IMG/VR virus record: IMGVR_UViG_3300020201_000015
Coordinates: 25,370 to 89,369 of that record
DNA: 64,000 nucleotides
Source of the DNA: a virus
Strand: one strand, 5' to 3'
Shown here: positions 35,611 through 46,378 of the stretch, piece by piece
Numbering within the stretch: the first letter of the stretch is position 1
Layout of the letters: the number at the start of each line of letters is the position of its first letter
Position numbers and translations under genes: made by a program
Notes under the pieces: model-generated
What the model saw: the letters and a program-made list of their open reading frames with translations, nothing else
Told to the model about the DNA's origin: nothing
Databases searched by the model: none

Positions 35611-37104
35611 TCAAGACGCCAGTACAGCAGCCCCGTTGGCTGCCGTATGCGACCCGGAGATAGCGATCTCCGCCGATGTTCTCACGTCAGGCCCGATCAG
35701 GAAGGCCCCTGTGGCCGGGGTGCCGACGGCTGGGGGTAGCGCGACTGAGTAGACGAATCGAGCGCCGGCGTCGAGCCGCACCCCGATATTCGCAGGGTCC
35801 CCCCAAACACGCCCGAGGACGACGTCGACGGTGCCGAGTTGCTGGACGTCGATCGCTACGCTCGATCCCTTGATAGGCAACCCCAGCGTACACGTTGGAT
35901 TGAATACCAAGTCCGCGCGATTCCCCCCGTAGCCGGTAGTCCCAACCAGAATCCCCGTCCCTGAAACGAACGTGTCCGACAATCCCAACTGTCCCCATAG
36001 TACTTGAGGGATATCGGTTAGAAGACAGCCGTAAAGGTCAACCTTGCCCTCCGTGACACGTAGCCGGCTAAGATGGCAAGCGAACAGCACAGGCGACGAT
36101 CCAACGACGATGTCAAGCCCGTGTATAATGCAACCAGAGAACCCGCCGTAGGTCATGAGTGTGCGCACCCCGTGCGACCCCCCCGGGTTGCCAAACCTGA
36201 CATCTGCCCACGTTTGCCCGTTTCCTTCGAGAGACTGGTAGCCGCTGGCGCCGATGCGCGGCACGTCATAGATCGTGAACGTGTCGCCGTTCGCAGGGTT
36301 CCCCCACTCTGCTACGTAGACGTCGATCGTAGATGCAGCCGGAGAGAACACGATGCGGCCGGCCCCAAGGTGCTCAACGATCAAGAAGATGTGGCCTGCG
36401 AAGGTGCCGCTCGTGAGAATGCACAGCTTGCCGACGTGTGAGGCGTCTACTCCCGCCACTGTCATTTCTCCGAACGTGCCCACTGCCCACGGCTGAATAG
36501 CCGTCACTACCCGATCTGCGAGAATTGTCGTCTTGCGACCCCGGAATAGAAGCGAGGCGGAAAGGGTCGTCGCGCTAGTTTTCCAAGTCATCGCATCTGG
36601 CACGTCGCCTATTATGTTGATCGTGACAGCCACGCGGGCGACCCCGCCAGTGCGAGCGAGCATGCTGGTCGGCGTGGTTACGCGAGCCTCGGTCGTGCCG
36701 TCCGCCAATGGGTCGCCGGCACCAGATACGTACCACACCGCCTGATTCTGCGCAGCGAGGCTCGGCGCGTCGATGTCCGCGACGGTCGCCGAGTCCACGA
36801 TCCGCACGGCGGCCTGCACGATGAACACGCGAGACGTCGACGCAAGGTCAACGAGCGCGCCCGCGTTGCTGCTCGAGTAGACCTCGGCACGCGAGAGGGT
36901 GGATGGCGCGGTGAAGAGACCTCGGCCGACCTCCCACGCGTTGTTGGCAGCCTTGATGCGGTAGGCCACCTCGTCGCCGCTGGCCAGGTCGCCGTCTGTC
37001 ACGGCCGCAGCGAACGACCTCGACCCAACGACGGCGCCGGAGAGGGAGAGCGAGCCCGTGCCTAGCGTGGCGCACGATTCCTGGACGTTGTCGGCGTACT
37101 TCAT
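35611..37104 (-). CDS. tail fibre/receptor-binding-like protein
   Basis: N-terminal YADNVQES..GTGSLSLSGA..WEVGRG module seen in phage tail proteins; beta-rich, lower-GC C-terminus. Confidence 0.6.
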   Translation of the reverse strand: MKYADNVQESCATLGTGSLSLSGAVVGSRSFAAAVTDGDLASGDEVAYRIKAANNAWEVGRGLFTAPSTLSRAEVYSSSNAGALVDLASTSRVFIVQAAVRIVDSATVADIDAPSLAAQNQAVWYVSGAGDPLADGTTEARVTTPTSMLARTGGVARVAVTINIIGDVPDAMTWKTSATTLSASLLFRGRKTTILADRVVTAIQPWAVGTFGEMTVAGVDASHVGKLCILTSGTFAGHIFLIVEHLGAGRIVFSPAASTIDVYVAEWGNPANGDTFTIYDVPRIGASGYQSLEGNGQTWADVRFGNPGGSHGVRTLMTYGGFSGCIIHGLDIVVGSSPVLFACHLSRLRVTEGKVDLYGCLLTDIPQVLWGQLGLSDTFVSGTGILVGTTGYGGNRADLVFNPTCTLGLPIKGSSVAIDVQQLGTVDVVLGRVWGDPANIGVRLDAGARFVYSVALPPAVGTPATGAFLIGPDVRTSAEIAISGSHTAANGAAVLAS

Positions 37105-37391
37105 GGCGTTGCAAATCCTGACCCGCTGACGTTGGCGCTTGCTTCGACCGCTGCCACGACTGCACCTGTGCCAACCCAGCGAAAGCGCCAGTTGCCGGCC
37201 GCGACGTACGCCACGTCGACGTAGTAGTCGCCCGCGCTAGTGCGCACGATCTCTGCGTCGACGCCGTAAAGATACGATGTCTCCGTGCCGTTGGGCTGCC
37301 TGAACCTGAAGGCGATCGTGGTCGGGTCCGTTGCTACTCCGACAACGCGAAACTCCACGCTCGCCCGTACCGAACTGCCAAGGATGCTCAT
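37101..37391 (-). CDS. virion-associated beta-rich protein
   Basis: TDPTT..G.YYVD..GNWRFRW pattern; structural context. Confidence 0.5.
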   Translation of the reverse strand: MSILGSSVRASVEFRVVGVATDPTTIAFRFRQPNGTETSYLYGVDAEIVRTSAGDYYVDVAYVAAGNWRFRWVGTGAVVAAVEASANVSGSGFATP

Positions 37392-37781
37392 CCGCAAATC
37401 TCCAGAGTCATGGTGGCAACGTGTCGGCTAGAAAGGGCAATGTAGCATGAGTCGACCTCTTGAAGATCGAGGCTGGCCACCTGGCGGCCAAGCAGAGACA
37501 TGGCGGCGACGTAGTGCTTCACGAACGCCGCGTGCGCGCAGCCAACGACGTAGCCAGGTTCTTCGTCCAGCGACGCGATGGGCGACCCGGCGATAGGACT
37601 GCCGCCGATGGTCATCCGCAGGCCCTCATGCTCATCGTCGCCGTGTGCCGCTCGACGATCATCGAGTGCGCGCAGCCTACGACGAACGCAGGTGCTGGCG
37701 TGGCTACCGTGCCGATGCCGAGCATGGCGAGCAGCCGCCGGCCGAAGCCTATCCCTTGGACAGCTAGCGCGCGCGGGTCGA

Positions 37782-38873
37782 TCACGGGATCCTCGTCACG
37801 GTGATGGTGCCCGCCGCGTCGACGACGGTCTGATCGATCTCCGACCCGTCGGCCGGTACGCGCCGCGTTGTGTTGGTGACCACCAGCGGCAGCGTCGGAT
37901 CAAGGCCGAGGATGCGATACATCTCGAGCAGCATCGTCGACTGCGTCGGGGACAGGCCGCCCGAGCCTGCCGTGTTGAGCGCCCCGCCCATCGTGCCGGC
38001 GGCGGCGAACGACGCGGCGAGCGCGTTCCAGACCGACGCGGCGACGTTGCTCGTCGTCAGCAACTCGCCCTCTCCGGTGATTGCCGCGGAGAGCGACCCG
38101 ATGGCCCTGGCCGAGCCCGTCAGCGTCGTGCTGCCCGTGAGGATGGCAACCGCCGACGCGAGCGCGCCAAGGGCCCCAGCAAGGTCGCCGGAGCCCGATA
38201 GCGAGGCCGACAGGACGAGAGCTCCCACGACGCTGGCGGACAGGTCCCCAGACCCAGCGAGGGCGGCTTGCGCCTGCACGACGAGCCCCATCGCGCCGGT
38301 GAGGTCGCCCGCTCCCGAGAGAGCCGCCACAGCGAACACCACGAGCCCCATCGCGCCAGTGATGTTGCCCGCCCCGACCATGGCCGAGGCTACGACCCCG
38401 ATCCCGACGATGGGCGCCGCGATGTCGGTGGAGCCTGACAGCGCCGCAGCCGCCGACGCGATGGCGGTGGCCGCTGCCGTGAGGTCGCCAGCGCCGAGCA
38501 GGGCCGCCGCAAGCGCAGCCTTCGCTGTCACGCTCGCCACAAGGTCGCCCGCTCCCGTGATCCCAGCCGCGCCGTAGAGACCGCCTGCGAGATTGGCCGC
38601 GACGATGTTGCCGTTGCCGTCGACCTCGCCACGACAGGAGATCCCGCCAGCCTTGGGCGACATGACCCACGCGCCGGGGTGCCTGTAGCCGCTCGGGATG
38701 CTGTCGCGGTTGGCGATGCTCACGCCGGCCACGACCGTCGCCTCCCCGGCCCACAGGTTGCGCGACGCCCCAGGCTTGTTCCACGCCGCGCGGTTGATGA
38801 CGAGCGAGTTCGCTGCGCCCATCTGCCGCATCGGGTTGGTGCTCAGACGCACGCCGTTGCCGACGAGGGCCAT
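37782..38873 (-). CDS. putative virion protein with Gly/Ala repeats
   Basis: Repeated ALxGxGDLxA units; starts MALVGNG. Confidence 0.55.
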   Translation of the reverse strand: MALVGNGVRLSTNPMRQMGAANSLVINRAAWNKPGASRNLWAGEATVVAGVSIANRDSIPSGYRHPGAWVMSPKAGGISCRGEVDGNGNIVAANLAGGLYGAAGITGAGDLVASVTAKAALAAALLGAGDLTAAATAIASAAAALSGSTDIAAPIVGIGVVASAMVGAGNITGAMGLVVFAVAALSGAGDLTGAMGLVVQAQAALAGSGDLSASVVGALVLSASLSGSGDLAGALGALASAVAILTGSTTLTGSARAIGSLSAAITGEGELLTTSNVAASVWNALAASFAAAGTMGGALNTAGSGGLSPTQSTMLLEMYRILGLDPTLPLVVTNTTRRVPADGSEIDQTVVDAAGTITVTRIP

Positions 38874-40036
38874 CAGCCCCAGCCGAAGTCGAGCGCCGAG
38901 GTGAACGGGGAGTTGATCGTGGTCACGCCGGTGCCGAAGAGCAGCCATTGCAAGCACGCGCCGTCCTGCACTTGAGGCATGCTCGGGAGTTGGTTGACCA
39001 GATCGCGCTCTGACCACACGCCAGTCGCAGAGATCGCGATGTCGAGCAGCGGCCGCGCGATGCACAGCGCCACGGCACCAAGGCCACCGTAAGCGGTGCC
39101 GCCGGACCAGGTGAAGGAGTTGATCCGAGCGATGCCCGTGTCGGCCGCCTGTCGCGGCAGGAAGGCGCCGTAGCGACCTGCGGCGTTGCCGCTGTGGAGG
39201 ATACGAGTCGCGTACGCGTCCGCCGTCGCCGCCATGGTCGGCGAGCCCTGGAAGACGCGCGTACCATCGCCGGCCGTGTCTGTCGGCGAGTCGTACGCGC
39301 TCGCCGACAGGTTGGGACCGCCGGCAGTGGGCTGCGTCCGTGAGACGAAGAACGCCTCGCACCCGAGGCCGTTGTCATACCTTGGCATCTGGATCATCAT
39401 CGCGTGCGTTCCGGTACCGGCGTTGGTGAACGCGATGACCGTCCCGGCGATGGCATTCGCGAGGCTGGTGGCGACGTTGCTCGTCGTCGCCGTCACGGCG
39501 ACAAGCCAGTAGTCCGTCGCAAGCGCGAGGCCAGTTGGTAGCGTGACCGTCGTGGTGAACCTGACCTTGGTCAGTGTCGAGAAGTCGTTGGTGCTCGTCA
39601 GCAGCAGGCCGCCGGACGACGAAGCCGTCACGGCGTTGCTGTTGATCAGCACCCTCGACGTGACGCCGGTAACGTTCGTCGTCGAAAGCCGGTAGTAGCC
39701 CTGCAAGTCGACAAGCTTCGCCTGCCACGGTCCGCCCGCGGCGGCGATGATCGATGCGCCGACGTTGAGGATGTGCTTGGTGTCGGCGGGCCCGACAACT
39801 CCCGCGTGCTGCGGACCGATGACGACGGAGCCGTCTCCGCTCGTCTCGGCGCAGTTCTGCCAGACGAGGTCAGTGCCAGGGAAGAGGCCCTGGTTCGGAA
39901 ACCCGAGTAGCCCCGTGAGCATGTGCCAGCTGCCAGCCGTATACGCGGGCGTCGTGGACTTGAACATGTCGACGCGACGAAACTTACCGTTGACCGTGAT
40001 CTCGTTGATCAGGTCGTCTTGCGAGGTGAATCCCAT
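38873..40036 (-). CDS. putative virion/tail protein
   Basis: Thr/Gly-rich; resembles 40044-40892. Confidence 0.55.
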   Translation of the reverse strand: MGFTSQDDLINEITVNGKFRRVDMFKSTTPAYTAGSWHMLTGLLGFPNQGLFPGTDLVWQNCAETSGDGSVVIGPQHAGVVGPADTKHILNVGASIIAAAGGPWQAKLVDLQGYYRLSTTNVTGVTSRVLINSNAVTASSSGGLLLTSTNDFSTLTKVRFTTTVTLPTGLALATDYWLVAVTATTSNVATSLANAIAGTVIAFTNAGTGTHAMMIQMPRYDNGLGCEAFFVSRTQPTAGGPNLSASAYDSPTDTAGDGTRVFQGSPTMAATADAYATRILHSGNAAGRYGAFLPRQAADTGIARINSFTWSGGTAYGGLGAVALCIARPLLDIAISATGVWSERDLVNQLPSMPQVQDGACLQWLLFGTGVTTINSPFTSALDFGWG

Positions 40037-40043
40037 TGCGTCC

Positions 40044-40892
40044 TCAGTTCCAGGCGAAGTCTAGGCGACCCGTCAACGTGCCAGCGGCAACGCTTCCGGC
40101 GCAGTTCACGATCATGTGCAGATAGGCGCCGTCGAAGATTCTCGGCGCTCCCGCGATAGCCGTGACGCACGAGCGCTCGGCGGGCGTGTTCACCTCGAGT
40201 ACGGCATGGTCCGCGATGGGCTGCACGAGCACGAGAGTTCCTAGCCCGCCGTTCGGCACGACGTTGGTCCACGACACGATCGAACGCACTCCACTGTCGC
40301 CGCTGGCCAGCGCGAGGAATGGGCCCGCGCCCTGCGTTCCTGGCTGGCTCGTGACGATGGATCCGATCGTCGTCGATACCGGGCCGCACGACTGCGTTGG
40401 AGCGGTCTTCGTCACGCCGTCCTGGTTGACGTAGTTGAACGAGAACGAGCCGCCTCCGACCGTAGGCTGAGCGGCGACCAGCATCGGCAGCACGCCGACG
40501 CCGTCCGCGTAACGCGGCAGAGTGACAGCGTTGGTCATCGTCTGCGGGTCCGCGTCGTCGAGATCGACGAAGGGGTAGTACAGAACGTAGTCCAGCAGCT
40601 TGTACCGACCCACGAGCGCAGCCGTCGGCGTGACCAGCATGATCTCAGCGAGGTGCGTCGTGAACGGCGCACGATTGCCGCCGTGGTAGATGCCGTCGTA
40701 CTGGTCGAGCACCGCGGCCGTGATCGGGCTCGTCGCGAAGTAGTTCGGCCTCGGGTTTCCAGCCGCGCCGCTCAGGTCGACCCACTGGCCAGCCGTGGAC
40801 GCGTTGGACGGCACCTTGCGGAGCGAGCTCGTGGACGTCTGCCCGTTGTTCAGCGCATCGACGTACGCCTTGATGTTGCGGAAGCCAGGCAT
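40044..40892 (-). CDS. putative virion/tail protein
   Basis: Shares PRYxxGxG and xDGAxL..LDFxW with its neighbour. Confidence 0.55.
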   Translation of the reverse strand: MPGFRNIKAYVDALNNGQTSTSSLRKVPSNASTAGQWVDLSGAAGNPRPNYFATSPITAAVLDQYDGIYHGGNRAPFTTHLAEIMLVTPTAALVGRYKLLDYVLYYPFVDLDDADPQTMTNAVTLPRYADGVGVLPMLVAAQPTVGGGSFSFNYVNQDGVTKTAPTQSCGPVSTTIGSIVTSQPGTQGAGPFLALASGDSGVRSIVSWTNVVPNGGLGTLVLVQPIADHAVLEVNTPAERSCVTAIAGAPRIFDGAYLHMIVNCAGSVAAGTLTGRLDFAWN

Positions 40893-41149
40893 CAGCCAGC
40901 CTCCGTTGCCATGGTGACGTCAGCTGTGCAGCTGCACGCGCGAAAGATGCGCCCGGCGTAGAGGATCACGCCGAGCCCGCACCCGGAGCACGAGTGCATC
41001 GCGGGGCCCGTGTCCGCGTTGCACGAGCCCCGGCCGCGAGCGTGTCCAGAGATGCTTGCCAGCACCGCAACGTCACCGCAATCGCACGCGCGAGACACCA
41101 CGTCGCCATCGACTGAAACGGGGCCGCCGCATTTGGAGCAGGTGAACAT
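40892..41149 (-). CDS. small Cys-rich protein with two CSxCG..RACxC units
   Basis: Coupled ORF with an internal duplication. Confidence 0.5.
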   Translation of the reverse strand: MFTCSKCGGPVSVDGDVVSRACDCGDVAVLASISGHARGRGSCNADTGPAMHSCSGCGLGVILYAGRIFRACSCTADVTMATEAG

Positions 41150-41152
41150 CGA

Positions 41153-41563
41153 TCACGTCTCAGAGGCAGAGAGTGCCGAGATCGCGAACTGCGGCTGGAT
41201 CAAGTTCGACACGGTGAGCGGCGCGGTCAGCGACCCCGAGTAGATGATCTGCCCGGTGCCGCTGATGAGCGTACCAAGGGTGACGTGAGTGATGACGTTC
41301 GACCCGCCAGTACACTGCGGCAGCTGGACCAGCGCCGCGTTGCTTGCGGCGTTGACGACCACGTTCCACCCGGCCACCGACCGAAGCACTGCGACCCTAG
41401 CATAACTGGTGTACGTGGCCTCGCTGGTGGTCTGCGACCCACCGATGCCCGGGTCTGCCGTGTGCAGTGCCACGAACAGGTTGGCGATCGCGTTCCAGCT
41501 GAGGGTGGTGCCGTTGAAGGTGAGGAGGAGGAAGTCGTTACGGGCTGCGGTGCTCTTGGGCAT
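41153..41563 (-). CDS. phage tail-associated protein
   Basis: VALHTADPG..EATYTSYARVAV motif common in phage tail modules. Confidence 0.65.
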   Translation of the reverse strand: MPKSTAARNDFLLLTFNGTTLSWNAIANLFVALHTADPGIGGSQTTSEATYTSYARVAVLRSVAGWNVVVNAASNAALVQLPQCTGGSNVITHVTLGTLISGTGQIIYSGSLTAPLTVSNLIQPQFAISALSASET

Positions 41564-41905
41564 TGTGTCCTCTTGGTGTGTCGAGTCAGGCTCTGCCTTC
41601 GCGGCGGATTCGCGCAGCCTCGGCGCATAGCTTGGAGAAGCGCGACAGGTCGCGAGACCGGTCGTCGAAGTCGAGTATCTGCGGCTGGATCTCACGGCCC
41701 ACCAAGGTCGGCGCGACCCACCGCTCGAAGCGAAGCGCCATCCCGCGCGCGTCCTCGGCTAGGTCCGACTCGCCCGCCGACTGGAACAGCGACGCCAGCA
41801 ACAGGGCCTCGATGCGGTTGCGCTCGGCGACGTCGAACGACGCCGAGGTCTTGCGCGTGACCGGCGTCTTCTCGTCATCGCGTAGCGGCGGCTTGCTGGT
41901 CATCT

Positions 41906-42451
41906 CTACACCTCGACCCATCCGCGCAGCTCAAGGTCGGCCATCGAGTGCATGACCTCGACGACCGAGTTGTTGACGTTGCCGTCGATGGTCGCGTAGG
42001 TCGACCCGCCAATCCACGACACGCGACCGACATGCCCCGTGCCGCCACGCAAAGGGTCACCAGCGCCGCGCGTCCAGATGGCAAGCCACCCTAGCTCGGG
42101 TCGGTCGGTCGGGCCGCGCCAGAAGCCGCGGGCCTTGGAGTCGCTGACGATCTCGTGGACGGCAGCGCGGAAGCCGTGCGGCGCGCGCTCGACGTCGTCG
42201 GTGTCCGCGCACAGCATCGACACCGCCATGCAGTGCGACGCGAAGGCCGCGCACCATGCCGTGTCGTCATCGCGCAAGCCGAGCGCGACGCCGGTCAGAT
42301 CGAGGATGCCTGCGCCGGCCGTGCCTCCGCGACGGCAGGATACCAGATACGCCGAGACCTGCGGATCGATGCCGCGGCCAGGTACTTCGCGGACGCGGCG
42401 CATCAGGTGGTCGCGCGCCACGTCGAGCGAGCGTTGTCCTAGGCTGCTCAT
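41906..42451 (-). CDS. CHAP-domain peptidoglycan hydrolase
   Basis: AWCAAFAS, GHVG and TIDGN catalytic pattern. Confidence 0.75.
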   Translation of the reverse strand: MSSLGQRSLDVARDHLMRRVREVPGRGIDPQVSAYLVSCRRGGTAGAGILDLTGVALGLRDDDTAWCAAFASHCMAVSMLCADTDDVERAPHGFRAAVHEIVSDSKARGFWRGPTDRPELGWLAIWTRGAGDPLRGGTGHVGRVSWIGGSTYATIDGNVNNSVVEVMHSMADLELRGWVEV

Positions 42452-43014
42452 GCGCCCGCCGACCATCGCGGCATCGCCTTGCGGAACGCCTCGAAGCGCA
42501 GCGACAGGCCGCGGGCGTAGGCGCTCGGGTCTGCCGAGTAGTACAGGTGACCCACGCTGTCGCCTAGCGCCAGGCCGTACTCGTACGAGCGGCCGGCGAC
42601 GAGGTGAGGATAGGCGTCGGCAAAGCGGCGACGGATCAGATCCAGGTGCTCCGCAGCAGCATCGTCAAGCGACGCGAAGGCGCGAAAGCAAGTCTGCAAC
42701 TCGGCTCGCGTGGCGTTCGCCGCGGTGATGAGCGGCTGCCTGTCGAGCGGGGGCGCCGGGTAGTTGACGCGCTTCCAGCTCTCCATCTCGCGCGTGCCGT
42801 AGAAGGTCCAATCGTAGTCGCCACTCGGGCGCGTCTTGGCCCCGGCGATCGAGAAGTTGCGCACTGACTGACCCGAAGTCGTCTCGATGTCGACCTGGCT
42901 GACGGCTACCAGCAGGGCCTCGGGCGACAGTCTCGGGTCGGCGCGACGAAACGCGTTGAAGGCCGCGTTCATCGAGCAAGGCGTGCGCATCGGAGCGCGG
43001 TATACGCCTGTCAC
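42448..43014 (-). CDS. glucosaminidase/muramidase-like (GH73/FlgJ-like) endolysin
   Basis: QxxIET, FRAFASLDD, YYSADPSAYA. Confidence 0.6.
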   Translation of the reverse strand: MTGVYRAPMRTPCSMNAAFNAFRRADPRLSPEALLVAVSQVDIETTSGQSVRNFSIAGAKTRPSGDYDWTFYGTREMESWKRVNYPAPPLDRQPLITAANATRAELQTCFRAFASLDDAAAEHLDLIRRRFADAYPHLVAGRSYEYGLALGDSVGHLYYSADPSAYARGLSLRFEAFRKAMPRWSAGA

Positions 43015-43607
43015 GTGGTCACCGGGTCGCGCTCGAGTACGCCGGTCTGGCTGTAGTCGACGTATTGGCGGCTGTCGTGACGCTCCGACCCGGGTCCACC
43101 AGGCTGCACAGGTACGCCTTTATCGTTAAACCAGCCACCGTTGCGGCCCTTGCCCGGAGTGCGCGGCTTCGTCCATTCCTTGCAGCGAACACCAGGTTGT
43201 GTCCACTGCTTGCCGATGTTCGCGACGACCTTGCCGCCCTCCCAACCAGCGGCGCCGAGTTGGCTCCACACGCGGCGGTCATGCACGTCGCAGAATCCCT
43301 TGCCCATCATCAGCTTCGTGTCCGCCAGGGTGTGCACGAGCTGCACCGGTTGCAGGCGCAGACCGACAGCCCAGCACGCCTTGAGTGTCGTCATGGTCGG
43401 CAGTCGCGCGCCTTCGCGCAGCGCCACGACTTCGAGTTGGTCGCTCGACAGCCGCGCGAACGTGATCCACGGCTGCCCGACGAATCCTCGCCCGTCGATC
43501 AGAGGGATCGCCGTGACCTCGACATCGCCCACGCGGACCCACCCGGAGGTGTGAACGATGGCGTGCGCGACCGGGGTGCGGAAGACGTCGATGGGTCCGA
43601 GTGTCAT
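43011..43607 (-). CDS. hypothetical protein in the lysis region
   Basis: Coupled ORF ending H..YVDYSQ. Confidence 0.55.
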   Translation of the reverse strand: MTLGPIDVFRTPVAHAIVHTSGWVRVGDVEVTAIPLIDGRGFVGQPWITFARLSSDQLEVVALREGARLPTMTTLKACWAVGLRLQPVQLVHTLADTKLMMGKGFCDVHDRRVWSQLGAAGWEGGKVVANIGKQWTQPGVRCKEWTKPRTPGKGRNGGWFNDKGVPVQPGGPGSERHDSRQYVDYSQTGVLERDPVTT

Positions 43608-44531
43608 AGATGACGGTCCTTGAACGACCCGTGCGTCGTCTTGAGCACGCCATGCGGCGGCGCCGGCAAACACTGCGGGCCGCATCGCGTGACGAAGTGC
43701 TCTGTCTTTGGAATGGCCACGAACACGCCGCAGCCGGCGCACGGGTTCTCGTTCGATAGCGCCGGCGGCGCGTCGTCGTCATCGTCGCTTGGTACGAGCC
43801 CGGACAGCCCGGGGATCATGCCGAATGCGTAGCCAGACGCGACCATCAGTTGATGCTCGACGCGTCGACCACATCCTCGACGTCGCGAGGCTGGTCCATG
43901 ATCTCCTCTACGACTTCGATCACGTCGCTGGCCCGTTGCTGCACGCGGACAGCCGCGCTGTCGATGACGTTTGCGACGGCGGAGGCGGTCTCGGGAAACA
44001 TGTCCCGAAGGTCGGTGAGAATGGCGCGCAGGATCATCGCTTCAGAACCTCGTCGGAGTCGGACTTGGCGTTGGCCGTCGCGCTCTGGCGACCACGATCG
44101 ATGCGCAGCAGGAGCAGCGTCAGGACCCACAGCGTGGACGGCGACTGCTGAGCGGCGTCGAGTAGCTCTGCGCGGGTGTACGTCACTGCCGTCGTCTCGA
44201 CTGCCGCTCGGCGCGCCACATCCAGCAGACGACGAGCAGGCCGACGACAAGCAGCGCGACGGTGTGCTCGTCGATGAACCTCACCGCTTGCTGGCTCGGA
44301 CGCGGTCCTTGGCGTTCTGCTCCGCGTCGCGAAACTCGCGCGCGATGTCGGGCAGGTCGGCAGGCTTCAGTTTGACGTCAGCCGGGCACGACGAGACGCT
44401 ACAGCCCCCAGCGACCAGCGCGCGCGCGATGCCCGTGGCGATGCCGATGACGAGCCCCGGCACGCCCGGGACGAGCGTCGCTGCGATGCTGCCAGCCTGG
44501 AGGAGGATCTGATCCCATTCGACCGACTTGC

Positions 44532-44924
44532 TCATTTGGCACCCTGGATCTCTTGCAGCGCGGTGGCCCACTCGGCGGCGGCCTTGCTCAGCTCGACGTA
44601 GGCCCCTACCAGATCGCAGTCGCGCGAAGCCTTGGAGACGCCCACGCACTGCGCCGCGTCGGTGGCTTCGATGATCGCCATGATGGTCTGGCGCGAGCGT
44701 CGCAAGCCGTTGTAGACGCGCACGGCGTTGCGGCAGCCGCGCGCGTTGACGGCGTCGATAGCCGCCTGCGTCGTCGCCTTATCCATCGGCTCGACGCACA
44801 CGTCACGCAGCACCTCGGCGCCGGCGATGCCCACGCCGTGCGTCACGTACACGGCCTCCTTCGCGGGAGCCGTGGAGCCGCAGCCTGATAGAGCCAGCAC
44901 CGCCAGTACGATTCGGAACATCAT
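44532..44924 (-). CDS. lipoprotein, possible spanin
   Basis: Lipobox LALSGC, helical body, next to lysis genes. Confidence 0.55.
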   Translation of the reverse strand: MMFRIVLAVLALSGCGSTAPAKEAVYVTHGVGIAGAEVLRDVCVEPMDKATTQAAIDAVNARGCRNAVRVYNGLRRSRQTIMAIIEATDAAQCVGVSKASRDCDLVGAYVELSKAAAEWATALQEIQGAK

Positions 44925-45096
44925 GCCGCTCTCCTAGCACCAAGTGCCGCACAGGCCGGGCACCTGACCACCGGCCGCTCGCCACGTTCGACCTTCCAAC
45001 CATGCTTTGCGAGGTCGCGCAGCAGCGAGCCGATAGACTGGCCGGCATGCGGTCGCACTGCCTCGCGGCAGCCTTCGCACCTGACTTGCTTGTCGC

Positions 45097-45438
45097 TCAA
45101 GGCTTGGCCTTTCGTCCCGCGGCCGGCGGAGGAGGCGGATAGTGCTTGGACGACTCGCGCGCGATTGCCTTGTCGACTCGCTGGAAGCGCAGCTCGACCA
45201 CCTCGGGCGGGACGGGGAGCTTGCGCGACTCGAGTGCCCGTGAGAACAAGATCGCCAGGAGGCGCTTCAGGTCGAAGCCGAGCGCCCGGCCGACCGCAAG
45301 GGCCACGGGGTAGCGCTTGGCCAGCCAGCCGTCGGCGAAGCTCGCAAGCCCCGAGAGCGCCGGCCACACCACGGCGACCGCGAACACGCCCGCGAGTTCG
45401 GGGTGAGCTTCGAGCCAGGCAAGAATTGCGTCGTACAT
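45097..45438 (-). CDS. putative holin/membrane protein
   Basis: Hydrophobic helix and basic C-terminus in the lysis cluster. Confidence 0.45.
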   Translation of the reverse strand: MYDAILAWLEAHPELAGVFAVAVVWPALSGLASFADGWLAKRYPVALAVGRALGFDLKRLLAILFSRALESRKLPVPPEVVELRFQRVDKAIARESSKHYPPPPPAAGRKAKP

Positions 45439-45800
45439 CAGATGCTCCTCGGTGTGCGCAGTGCCAGTAGGAAGCCCGCCCGGTCGAGGCTCCCGCATCG
45501 CTCGATAGCCTCTGCGACCGCGCAGATCTCCGGGCCGAGGGCGGCCACGAGCCGGCTGGCGCGCTCGGTCCAGTGGACCATCTGCGCCGGGTCTGCCTGG
45601 AAGCGCTCGGTCACCGTGTGCGCGTGCGCCGCGGCGTCCTCGTGATGGCCGTCTGCCATAGGCCCAGCGAGGTGGCTGACGGGTAGGCTGTCGCAGCCGC
45701 GCCAATGTCGGACCTCGCACTCTTGCGACGACACGCGCTCGACGCGCGCCCCCAGCGCGTGAGCGACGACGGCGTGCCCGGCCTCGTGGAGCGCGCCCAT
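45438..45800 (-). CDS. small HEAGH metallopeptidase-like (M41/M50-like) protein
   Basis: ALHEAGHAVVA, LAGPMA. Confidence 0.55.
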   Translation of the reverse strand: MGALHEAGHAVVAHALGARVERVSSQECEVRHWRGCDSLPVSHLAGPMADGHHEDAAAHAHTVTERFQADPAQMVHWTERASRLVAALGPEICAVAEAIERCGSLDRAGFLLALRTPRSI

Positions 45801-46378
45801 CAGGACCTCCGGAATCGGCCGAAGGCCAAGACACCGAGCAGCAGGACAACGGCGATGCCGGCGCCTGTCGGGCCGATCTCCCGCAGCAGGGACAGCGTCT
45901 CGGAAGGCTTGGCGGCGAGGCCAGCCACGACCGCGGCGAGGCTGAGCGCGCCGGCTGTCTTTGTGGCGCCGGCGTTGCCCGCGCGGCGCCCGACCTCGGC
46001 CACGATGGGGGCGAGCATCTCTCGGACCAGCGCGGCCTCGAGCTCGCGCGCGACCCGCTCCCGCTCCACCGTCTCCGACAGGTCGAGGTCTGAGGCCATC
46101 GCCTCCCGGGCGCCCGACTCCGCGCGCGTGGCCAGCGCCAGCGCCTCGATCACGCCGGCTTCGATTCGCTCCAGCCGCTCGGTGTGGTCGGCGACGGCGA
46201 CCGCTACGGCCGCGACAGCGTCAGCCGTGGCCGACGTGGCCGAGGCATGCGCCAGGGCCAGCGCGGAGAGGGCGTCCACGTCGTGCGCGATGCGCCCGAG
46301 CTTGGCGTCAGGCCCTACGTCGCGGCGGTCCACGAAGTCGGAGAGCTTGTGCAAAGTGCCGTTGCCAGTGGGCGCCAT
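45800..46378 (-). CDS. membrane protein
   Basis: Coiled region and C-terminal transmembrane helices. Confidence 0.5.
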   Translation of the reverse strand: MAPTGNGTLHKLSDFVDRRDVGPDAKLGRIAHDVDALSALALAHASATSATADAVAAVAVAVADHTERLERIEAGVIEALALATRAESGAREAMASDLDLSETVERERVARELEAALVREMLAPIVAEVGRRAGNAGATKTAGALSLAAVVAGLAAKPSETLSLLREIGPTGAGIAVVLLLGVLAFGRFRRS